DNA from: a virus
Virus record (IMG/VR): IMGVR_UViG_3300003663_000001
DNA length: 38,819 nucleotides
Strand: one strand, 5' to 3'
Below the pieces are notes generated by a model that worked only from the letters and a program-made list of their open reading frames with translations, was not told the DNA's origin and did not search any database. Each line of letters begins with the position of its first letter. The stretch's first letter is position 1. Shown piece after piece: positions 25,772-32,513 of this stretch. Made by a program: the position numbers and the translations under genes.

Positions 25772-26350
25772 CTATCTCCTAAACAGTGCGGCGTGCAGCT
25801 CAAGTCCGTTCCTCACTCTTGGGTCGTCCTGTTTTGCAGCAACTTCAAGTATTCTTCTGTGCTTTGCCTCTAAATATGCTTTGTGCGCTTCTTCTGGCGT
25901 ATCAAACCTACCTACTAGCTTTTGCCGATTGTTGATGCTGATCTGTGCCTCATACTTCCCACGGCTTCTATTGAAAAAAACTCCGGTCATGTATTTGTTG
26001 CTTCCTGGCCTGCTTCGCTTTTTAAGAAGCCCGTTGACTTCAGGCGACACAAAAACACAGTATTCAGGACAGTAAACCTTGTTTCCAGGCCTTATTACGT
26101 CCTTGTCCAGCTGCTTTCCTTTCCAGTCTTGAGATTCCATCCATGCCTTGAAATTGCTGAATTTCAACCAGTCATTACAGACTCGGCATTCTTCATAAAC
26201 CCCATGCGTCTTATGGTACTGGTCGCTATAACATCGCCTTAACATACTATTCCAAGCCAAGTATTCAGGCTTTCTTATTTGCCTGCCGTTCTTAATAATT
26301 GTTACCGGCTCGTCTGAATCATTAACGCCAACACCGTAATAACGCCCCAT
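25772..26350 (-). CDS. AP2-domain DNA-binding protein of the homing-endonuclease-associated type (no HNH/GIY motif seen), 192 aa
   Basis: 'GVFFNRSRGKYEAQISINNRQKLVGRFDTPEEAHKAYLEAK' fits the AP2 pattern. The N-terminus has 'YLAWNSMLRRCY...VCNDWLKFSNFKAWM'. Hand-counted G+C over 25801-26040 is about 46%, clearly below the flanking genes. Confidence 0.6.
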   Translation of the reverse strand: MGRYYGVGVNDSDEPVTIIKNGRQIRKPEYLAWNSMLRRCYSDQYHKTHGVYEECRVCNDWLKFSNFKAWMESQDWKGKQLDKDVIRPGNKVYCPEYCVFVSPEVNGLLKKRSRPGSNKYMTGVFFNRSRGKYEAQISINNRQKLVGRFDTPEEAHKAYLEAKHRRILEVAAKQDDPRVRNGLELHAALFRR

Positions 26351-26379
26351 AATATCGCCCCTCTTTCATGGAACAATTA

Positions 26380-27999
26380 TTATGCGCCAAGCCAACCACC
26401 AGGGCCAGGACTGTGAGCTTTCCTGGCTGGCTTTGGTTTCTCGTCTTTCCAGTTTAGCCCCATCTGTTGGAGCGCATCGGTGTAGTTGGTGGCCCACTTC
26501 GGGCCTACCGTATCCTTGAAGGTTTCGTTGTCGTGGTCCCACTCACGGCGCAATGCCTTGATGGCCTTCCACCCGGTGTGATTGGCCATATCGCCCTGGT
26601 TCCCGGCAATGTCAGTGTCACAGCGCACCTTGTCGATCCAGATACGGGGAAACAGCTTCTTCAGGGCGTTGATGGATTCCCGCTTATTCTTCACCCGTGG
26701 CACAGTCTTGAACTTAATGCCCATCCGTTTGGCAGTCTGCAGCCGGCTCTCACCCGACATAAGCTCCCGGACCTCGATATCGTGAGGCGCCATGTGTTCA
26801 CCAAACCGAATTCCGTACTTGTCCCGGAAGTCATGCAGCCAGTTGATGTAATGCTCCATGCCCTCATCCCGGTTACCGTAACAGGCAATGCAGCGGATCT
26901 CCTTCTGGTGTACCTGAACCAGCCAGATAGCCATATCGTCGTTGATGCCAAGATCCCAATAGGTGTGAACGGGCAGGCTTTTCTCAACGGGAATGTTGGT
27001 CAGGCGGTTTTCCTCAAGCAATATCTCAACCTCGGCCTTATACACCACACCTTCTGCCAGGGCATCGTCAGGCGACTGCTGGTATTGGGCGCTGAACATA
27101 TAGTTGTCGGCTTTTTCCATGGCAAGCAGTGTCTCCGTGGGCTCTTTCTCTGGCCAGTAACTGACGCGCTTGCCGGTGAATCCGGTGTCACGTATGCAGG
27201 CTTCCCGCATTTCGTCACTCAGCTGGTCCAGGTAACTGCGGTCGATTATGGCAGGGATCTTGAACAGCTGGTAATTGTCCGGGCTCTTGTCGCTGTTCAG
27301 GTAGTCGGTGCTGTCGCCCTTGGCTATCCGCTGCTGCACCATGATGATGGGCACGTTGTCGTGCGCCAGGCGAGAGCGAACGATACGGTTGATACGCTTG
27401 TTGCCCTTGTCGATCAGGCGACCACTCTCGGCGTCCTTGGGCGGCAGGGGATCATCCATTACCAGGGCACCGGTGAATCCTTCCTCCATGAACCCGGCAC
27501 GGCGGCCTGTTACCTGGCCGTTGATGCTGGTGCCGTACAGCCGGTGCTGGTTGCCATGCTGGTCGATGTACTTCCAGTTGTGTTTGGCCTTGGTGTCCTT
27601 GGATGGCGTCAGTGGCCATAGGGTCTGGAATTCTTCACTGTCCAGGATCTCCTTCACCCGGGTCGCGTTCTCGGTCACCAGGTCATCGGAGTAGGAAAGC
27701 GGGAGCCAGCGTGTCGATCGCTTCTCACCTATGCACTTGAGGATGCACCAGCACGGCCAGTGGATGGACCATATCTCTGTCTTGGTGCTGCCTGGCGCCA
27801 CGTTGACGATACCCCGGGGGATCTCCATACGGTAAACGGACTCAGCCAGGCGGCATTCGTAGGTGTGATGCCAGTTCTTGCGGAACTTCTGGCCTTGCAG
27901 TAGCTGGAAGAAGATTCGCATAAACGCTTCAAAGGATGCTTCACTGGCCACCTTCACGGCCAGCTTCTCCGCGTTCGTCATTTCCTCCCACTTCAGCAT
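26380..27999 (-). CDS. terL: Terminase large subunit, 539 aa
   Basis: Position next to terS. Walker-A-like 'NVAPGSTKTE' and Walker-B-like 'ALVMDDP'. The C-terminal nuclease-like half includes 'VHTYWDLGINDDMAIW'. Confidence 0.8.
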   Translation of the reverse strand: MLKWEEMTNAEKLAVKVASEASFEAFMRIFFQLLQGQKFRKNWHHTYECRLAESVYRMEIPRGIVNVAPGSTKTEIWSIHWPCWCILKCIGEKRSTRWLPLSYSDDLVTENATRVKEILDSEEFQTLWPLTPSKDTKAKHNWKYIDQHGNQHRLYGTSINGQVTGRRAGFMEEGFTGALVMDDPLPPKDAESGRLIDKGNKRINRIVRSRLAHDNVPIIMVQQRIAKGDSTDYLNSDKSPDNYQLFKIPAIIDRSYLDQLSDEMREACIRDTGFTGKRVSYWPEKEPTETLLAMEKADNYMFSAQYQQSPDDALAEGVVYKAEVEILLEENRLTNIPVEKSLPVHTYWDLGINDDMAIWLVQVHQKEIRCIACYGNRDEGMEHYINWLHDFRDKYGIRFGEHMAPHDIEVRELMSGESRLQTAKRMGIKFKTVPRVKNKRESINALKKLFPRIWIDKVRCDTDIAGNQGDMANHTGWKAIKALRREWDHDNETFKDTVGPKWATNYTDALQQMGLNWKDEKPKPARKAHSPGPGGWLGA

Positions 28000-28616
28000 T
28001 ACAGCTTATCCAGTAGTTGGCCCAGGGCCTTGGCAATCTCCGGTGAATCTACATTGCCGTCCAGGGTCAGGTTACCTTCCACCTTCTTGGGAGCATCCCA
28101 GCCTTCCAGCTCGGACAGCTGCTTAATGGCGCCGGTCTGGCTGTGCAGCTTGAACTTGAAGCCGTCCCGGCCTGTGCTCAGCTCGGCAATGGCGGCGGCG
28201 TGCCCATCGTCCATGTTGTCCTGGTCGATCAGCTGCCACACGGTTTGATACACGGGGTTGCCGTCCTCGTCCTCGCCTACCTGCGCATTCTTGAATCGAA
28301 CCACGTCCTTCACGGTTGTCCGGGCAATCTTGGTCAGGGTTTCCAGGGCTTCTTCCCGGGTCATTACCGACTTTGCGGCCGCTGAACTCACCAGACTGTC
28401 GTAAAACGCTCGGACACTACCTTTTTCCAACATCTTACCAATAACATTGTTGGCGCTTTTCCCCTTCGCCTTGCCTCCAGCCTTCACGTAAGCATCCATC
28501 TTGCTCATGCCACTGGCGGCGTGAATCATCGTCCACTTCTGAAGGTGCGTCAGCTTGGCGGCCAGTTCCTGCTGTTCTGGTGTCAGCTGGTATTCAGTCT
28601 TTACTTCTTGGCTCAT
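27999..28616 (-). CDS. terS: Terminase small subunit (Terminase_2-like), 205 aa
   Basis: 'LTPEQQELAAKL...SKMDAYVKAGGKAKGKSANNVIGKMLEKGSVRAFYD' and '...KFKLHSQTGAIKQLSELEGW' follow the small-terminase pattern. Its stop overlaps the terL start. Confidence 0.75.
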   Translation of the reverse strand: MSQEVKTEYQLTPEQQELAAKLTHLQKWTMIHAASGMSKMDAYVKAGGKAKGKSANNVIGKMLEKGSVRAFYDSLVSSAAAKSVMTREEALETLTKIARTTVKDVVRFKNAQVGEDEDGNPVYQTVWQLIDQDNMDDGHAAAIAELSTGRDGFKFKLHSQTGAIKQLSELEGWDAPKKVEGNLTLDGNVDSPEIAKALGQLLDKL

Positions 28617-28980
28617 CGTCGTACCTTCGGTTCATTGGTATGTTGAACTTCTTACAAACCAACTGCTCGAGCATGTAGATTGCACGTCCACCCATGTGGC
28701 CACTGATCCCGGCCAACGCTGCGGTTAATATCAAACTGAATTCCAGTTCCTGGCATATCAGAGCCGTCATAACCCCGGCGAAGGCTGATATCGTCCATTC
28801 CCCCACCAGCTCCACGAAACTGAACGGTGCGTTGTTGCGACGAACACGGCTGATATAGCTCACGGTTCCCCCCCACAATGCGAGTAACGCAAACCACACG
28901 TACCCCAGCCCCACGTCTAGTAGCGCCTTCAAAACACTGTTGCCACCTTGACCATCAGGCATACGCTGTCGCTCCCACAT
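28594..28980 (-). CDS. Three-TM holin-like membrane protein (LydA / holin superfamily III-like), up to 128 aa
   Basis: Hydrophobic segments 'VGLGYVWFALLALWGG', 'WTISAFAGVMTALICQ' and 'SLILTAALAGISGHMGG'. It has a charged C-terminus. An alternative start at 28962 also has a GGGAG Shine-Dalgarno sequence. Confidence 0.5.
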   Translation of the reverse strand: MWERQRMPDGQGGNSVLKALLDVGLGYVWFALLALWGGTVSYISRVRRNNAPFSFVELVGEWTISAFAGVMTALICQELEFSLILTAALAGISGHMGGRAIYMLEQLVCKKFNIPMNRRYDDEPRSKD

Positions 28981-29341
28981 TCCAGTCTGTCCTCGTTGAC
29001 GCTGCCACTTTCTTGAGCCTGTTCACCAGCTCTATAGCCTGCTGTTCATTCTCGATTACCGTTATGGCTCCCTTGAATGATCCGTGAAAGGCTACCTGCT
29101 GCGGGGTCAGCTTACGCCTTGCAGGCTCTTTGCTGCCGTCCTTGACCTCTACCAGTACCGTCACACCACCAAAGCCGATAACCAGGTCGGTGAAGCCATC
29201 GTGGGCGGAGCTGGTAATGGCTACGCTCACACCCATGGCCCGTATCAGCTCCACCAGTGCGGGTTGGTTCTCGTCAATCTTTGCCGCTCGTCTTATTGCC
29301 ACCCTGCAGCCTCGTTGCCAATGCTTGAATGATTCCGCCAC
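28955..29341 (-). CDS. PD-(D/E)xK nuclease-fold protein (VRR-NUC / resolvase-like), 128 aa
   Basis: 'IDENQPALVELIRAMGVSV...DGFTDLVIGFGGVTVLVEVKDGS...KLTPQQVAFHGSFKG' has the D...E-x-K core seen in small phage nucleases. The start is uncertain: the ATG at 29341 overlaps the holin gene by 68 nt, and a GTG at 29302 is possible. Confidence 0.5.
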   Translation of the reverse strand: MAESFKHWQRGCRVAIRRAAKIDENQPALVELIRAMGVSVAITSSAHDGFTDLVIGFGGVTVLVEVKDGSKEPARRKLTPQQVAFHGSFKGAITVIENEQQAIELVNRLKKVAASTRTDWNVGATAYA

Positions 29342-29864
29342 CTGGCTGCTGCCCAGCGGATACTTGTTTGTCCTGGCTGCGCTTATGAACGCTAATACCC
29401 AGCACGGCCAGCGCGAATCCCCACATTGGCGTGAGGGCGGCGATTGCCGTTGATACCTGGCCGGCCTGTTCCGGTGCCCACACGAATGACCAGGCTACGG
29501 CCACAGACTGCAGGGCCCAGGATATCGCAGCCAGGTAACCAAAGGTCGGGCGCCATCTGCGTACGTATGCATCATTGCTGGCGGCCTCAGCCCTGATTGT
29601 TTTGTTCACCTGGCCCAGCTTGGCGGTTTCGGCTTCCAGCATCATAGCCTTCAGCTCTCGCTCATGCTCTTGTTCCAGACGCTTTATACGCTCATACGCT
29701 GCCGGATCAGACTTGAGGATCTCGCCTACCTCGCCCGGGTCATTGCCGGCGCCAAGGGCCTGCGATACCAGACCACCCACGGCGCCACCAGCCGGACCAC
29801 CCAGGAGCGTGCCCACTATCGGCGCGGCCTTGCCTACCATCTTGCCAATGTCGGACCAATCCAT
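29274..29864 (-). CDS. Holin of the 3-TM 'gene-transfer-release' type (DUF3154-like), 196 aa
   Basis: Start at the ATG at 29864 with GAGG upstream. 'WSDIGKMVGKAAPIVGTLLGGPAGGAVGGLVSQALG', 'RAEAASNDAYVRRWRPTFGY' and the following TM segments match my recollection of this holin family. It lies directly downstream of the endolysin. Confidence 0.55.
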   Translation of the reverse strand: MDWSDIGKMVGKAAPIVGTLLGGPAGGAVGGLVSQALGAGNDPGEVGEILKSDPAAYERIKRLEQEHERELKAMMLEAETAKLGQVNKTIRAEAASNDAYVRRWRPTFGYLAAISWALQSVAVAWSFVWAPEQAGQVSTAIAALTPMWGFALAVLGISVHKRSQDKQVSAGQQPGGGIIQALATRLQGGNKTSGKD

Positions 29865-29875
29865 AACGGGCTGCC

Positions 29876-30271
29876 TCAGTCGATGTGTTTTTTTTGGCGG
29901 GAAGCCCACCAGGCGGGAATATCCATGTTCGGGCAGGTTTTGCGTGAGTCCAGATCACGATGGCCCACTACCTCAGCTTCTGGATAGTCGGCCAGCTTCG
30001 CCAGAAGCCATCCTTCCAACACTCTCAGCTGATCTTCATCCGGTGCGGTGTCGGTGATAATGCAGATGCCCAGGCTATCAGCGTTGTGCCCTTTTACGTG
30101 GGCTCCTTGCCAATAGTCCGGTCGGCCCGGCTCAATATCGGCAGTGCCTGTAATAACGGCATGGTAACCAATGCCATCCCAGCCCCGCTGCTTGTGCCAG
30201 CGGTGAATGTCTGCGGCGGTGTCGCCACGATCCTTTGGGCTGTCACTGATATGGACCACAAGGTAGCGCAT
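29876..30271 (-). CDS. Endolysin: N-acetylmuramoyl-L-alanine amidase (T7 lysozyme / PGRP fold), 131 aa
   Basis: Start at the ATG at 30271 (ATGA overlap). 'VVHISDSP...ADIHRWHKQRGWDGIGYHAVI...GAHVKGHNADSLGICI...VVGHRDL..KTCP' is the Amidase_2 signature. Confidence 0.85.
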   Translation of the reverse strand: MRYLVVHISDSPKDRGDTAADIHRWHKQRGWDGIGYHAVITGTADIEPGRPDYWQGAHVKGHNADSLGICIITDTAPDEDQLRVLEGWLLAKLADYPEAEVVGHRDLDSRKTCPNMDIPAWWASRQKKHID

Positions 30272-30570
30272 CACTGTTTTACCCCCTTGATTGCGATAAT
30301 GCCCAGCTCCACCATCCGGCGCCAGGTTCTGGTTTGTGCCCTGCGATAATACCATTCCCGGTGTTCTTCTTCCGAATCCGGCCACTTACTCCGGTTATCC
30401 ACAGCATCATGGCACGCGCTACAAGCATAGCACGCGCTCAGGTCGTCGGCCTTCTTCCCCATACCGTTGGATTCGTCGGGCAGGTGCGCCAGGATTGTCG
30501 TTGAAGGGTCGTAGTTGCACACACCTACCAGGTTGACGGTGCATTGCTCGTTGCGGGCTGAATCACGCAT
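30271..30570 (-). CDS. YbcO / DUF1364-family protein (putative nuclease of lambdoid nin regions), 99 aa
   Basis: Start at the ATG at 30570. 'ARNEQCTVNLVGVCNYDPSTTILAH...ACYACSACHDAVDNR' parallels E. coli YbcO 'ARGRECQVRIPGVCNGNPETSVLAH...ACSACHDEIDRR'. Confidence 0.7.
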   Translation of the reverse strand: MRDSARNEQCTVNLVGVCNYDPSTTILAHLPDESNGMGKKADDLSACYACSACHDAVDNRSKWPDSEEEHREWYYRRAQTRTWRRMVELGIIAIKGVKQ

Positions 30571-30584
30571 TTTCTGTGACTTCA

Positions 30585-31022
30585 CTATTTCCCCCTGGCC
30601 TGCTGGTAGCCGTTGGGCTGTGAATGCCGGTGATAGGCTCCCCGGTTCTGCTGCTGCTGTCCCTGCTGTTCGTCGGGCTTGCTGTCCAGCATCTGCATGC
30701 TGCCGTTGATATCCACCACTACTTCGGTCGTGTATCGGTCCTGCCCATCCTGGCCCTGCCACTTCCTGGTTTGTAGCTTGCCCTCGATGTAGACCTTGCT
30801 GCCCTTTTTCAGATACTGGCCGGCCACTTCTGCAATCTTCCCGAATAGCACAATCCGGTGCCATTCCGTTTTCGGTACCAGCTGGCCGGTGCCCTTGTCC
30901 TTGTAGCTTTCGTCGGTGGCAATGTTCATGTTCGCCACGGCGCTGCCGTTGGGCGTGTACCGGGTTTCTGGATCTTGGCCCAGGTTACCGACCAGAAATA
31001 CTTTGTTGACGCCTCTACTCAT
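30585..31022 (-). CDS. ssb: Single-stranded DNA-binding protein, 145 aa, without the canonical acidic C-terminal tip
   Basis: '[39 protein letters not shown]...[37 protein letters not shown]' is a classical OB-fold SSB. The C-terminus is '...[13 protein letters not shown]', not D-D-D-I-P-F. Confidence 0.9.
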   Translation of the reverse strand: MSRGVNKVFLVGNLGQDPETRYTPNGSAVANMNIATDESYKDKGTGQLVPKTEWHRIVLFGKIAEVAGQYLKKGSKVYIEGKLQTRKWQGQDGQDRYTTEVVVDINGSMQMLDSKPDEQQGQQQQNRGAYHRHSQPNGYQQARGK

Positions 31023-31755
31023 GCTTATTTTCTCCCGGACAATTCAGTGAATGCTCTTGCAGCCAGAGATGGAACTTGTCCATTTCCAATGGCTCTAAGG
31101 CGGTCCATTTGGGCGGCCACTTCATTAGGATTTCGTTTGATTCGGCTGTAATCATCTTGTGAAAGCATCGCGCCGATTGCTCCTGTACGTTGCCGTCTGC
31201 GTGATTCTTGCGAATGAGTGAGGAAATTCTGAGAAACGTCCACGCCTTCCAGCACTGGGCAGTCGGGCGAAGTAGCGACAATCCAGATACGCTCGCCTTC
31301 GCATATCGAACCGACGGCTCCTGCACCCAGCACTCCCCATCGCGCATTGAACCCCAGCGAGGCCAAGTCTCCGAGTACAACTCCGAGTCCTCGAGAAGTG
31401 AGAGCTGGGGAGTTTTCCACGAACACGAAATAGGGTCGTACTTCGCTAATGATTCGACGGAACTCAGACCATAGCCCGCTACGCGCTCCTTCAAGCCCCG
31501 CCCCCCCTCCTGCGACGGATATGTCCTGGCAGGGAAACCCTCCAGAAATGACATCAACACGGCCTCGCCATGCTGTTCCGTCAAAAGTCGTAACGTCGGA
31601 CCAAATTGGGAAAGGCGGGAGGCATCCATCATTTTGTCGTTGCGCCAGAACCCCTGCGGCGTAGGCATCACGTTCCACTGCGCAGATGGTTCGCCATCCG
31701 AGAAGATGTCCACCGAGTATTCCTCCACCAGCGCCTGCGAAAAGAGCCAGCTCAT
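31015..31755 (-). CDS. Co-extensive +1-frame ORF (246 aa, frame B) over the whole C5-MTase gene; candidate overlapping or recoded gene
   Basis: ORF track. No stop for 741 nt, with the start 4 nt and the stop 10 nt from those of frame A. It contains '[14 protein letters not shown]' and '[21 protein letters not shown]'. Hand-counted GC3 is 163/246 versus 113/244 for frame A. Its ATG directly abuts the upstream TGA, in that ORF's frame. Confidence 0.4.
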   Translation of the reverse strand: MSWLFSQALVEEYSVDIFSDGEPSAQWNVMPTPQGFWRNDKMMDASRLSQFGPTLRLLTEQHGEAVLMSFLEGFPARTYPSQEGGRGLKERVAGYGLSSVESLAKYDPISCSWKTPQLSLLEDSELYSETWPRWGSMRDGECWVQEPSVRYAKASVSGLSLLRPTAQCWKAWTFLRISSLIRKNHADGNVQEQSARCFHKMITAESNEILMKWPPKWTALEPLEMDKFHLWLQEHSLNCPGENKHE

Positions 31756-31759
31756 TCAT
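31025..31759 (-). CDS. Compact DNA (cytosine-5)-methyltransferase, 244 aa (frame A)
   Basis: Motif I 'LFAGAGGG' (31721-31742), motif IV 'GGFPCQDIS' (PCQ at 31526-31537), motif V/VI '[20 protein letters not shown]' (31405-31420), '[19 protein letters not shown]', and motif X '[11 protein letters not shown]' (31070-31090). The ATG overlaps the upstream TGA (ATGA). Confidence 0.75.
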   Translation of the reverse strand: MNELALFAGAGGGILGGHLLGWRTICAVERDAYAAGVLAQRQNDGCLPPFPIWSDVTTFDGTAWRGRVDVISGGFPCQDISVAGGGAGLEGARSGLWSEFRRIISEVRPYFVFVENSPALTSRGLGVVLGDLASLGFNARWGVLGAGAVGSICEGERIWIVATSPDCPVLEGVDVSQNFLTHSQESRRRQRTGAIGAMLSQDDYSRIKRNPNEVAAQMDRLRAIGNGQVPSLAARAFTELSGRK

Positions 31760-31947
31760 TGATCCCTCCCATACTGCCGCTTCAGCTTCTTCAGGCGCTT
31801 CTCCATCATCCGGGCCTTTACCGGGCCTACCTGGTGCCGGTCACGCTTGAGGCGCCGGCTCAGGTCGGCAATGTATTCACGCATTGCGGCCGGGTTGCGA
31901 ACGTCCGGGATCTGCTCGTCCTGTTGGGTTGGCTGTTCCGGGCTCAC
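31756..31947 (-). CDS. Hypothetical small basic protein, 63 aa
   Basis: ORF track. ATGA-type coupling at both ends. Lys/Arg-rich C-terminus '[18 protein letters not shown]'. Confidence 0.5.
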   Translation of the reverse strand: MSPEQPTQQDEQIPDVRNPAAMREYIADLSRRLKRDRHQVGPVKARMMEKRLKKLKRQYGRDQ

Positions 31948-32174
31948 CAGTTACCTCCAATCGTGTCAGCTTCACCAAAGGTGCAGGGACCACACAGGCC
32001 GGTTGCCGGAACCACGGGCGTATCGCCACAGTTTTCGCATTCACTGGTCCAGTCGGGCTCTGTCTGCTTGCGGTTTTCTTCCTGCTGCTTCAGGCAGTGG
32101 GCGTCACCAGTGGTGTGGTGCTTGTCGTCGTAGCATTCCGGACAGATCCAGCATTGTGATTGCATATCAGGCAT
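31944..32174 (-). CDS. Hypothetical Cys-rich (zinc-ribbon-like) protein, 76 aa
   Basis: Paired cysteines 'CWICPEC', 'CENCG' and 'CGPC'. Translationally coupled to its neighbours. Confidence 0.5.
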   Translation of the reverse strand: MPDMQSQCWICPECYDDKHHTTGDAHCLKQQEENRKQTEPDWTSECENCGDTPVVPATGLCGPCTFGEADTIGGNW

Positions 32175-32478
32175 TGTCAGCTCCCCAGGTTTCCCGCTCC
32201 AGCTCGTCCGCCAGCTTCATACGCTGTGAAAGCTCCATTTCTGCAGCCTCATCCGATATGCCGGCATTGTCGATGGCCTGCTGAATGATCCGATCCAGGC
32301 CGGCGTTCAGGCTCGGGTACAGCCGGCGCACGTCATCCAAGATCATGGTCATCAAGGTTAGCGCCTCACTCTGGCGCCGGATCATGTGCTGAACGTCCGC
32401 GGTGCCCACGTTGCCGGACAGCTTGGCCGCCTTAATGGCTATCTGGACAGGGACGCCAGCTTGCAGTAGTTCTTTCAT
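32167..32478 (-). CDS. Hypothetical protein, 103 aa
   Basis: ORF track. The sequence looks helical, and I recognise no motif. Confidence 0.5.
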   Translation of the reverse strand: MKELLQAGVPVQIAIKAAKLSGNVGTADVQHMIRRQSEALTLMTMILDDVRRLYPSLNAGLDRIIQQAIDNAGISDEAAEMELSQRMKLADELERETWGADNA

Positions 32479-32513
32479 CGTAAACTGCCCCAGGTTGCCC
32501 CAGGGCGCTCCAT

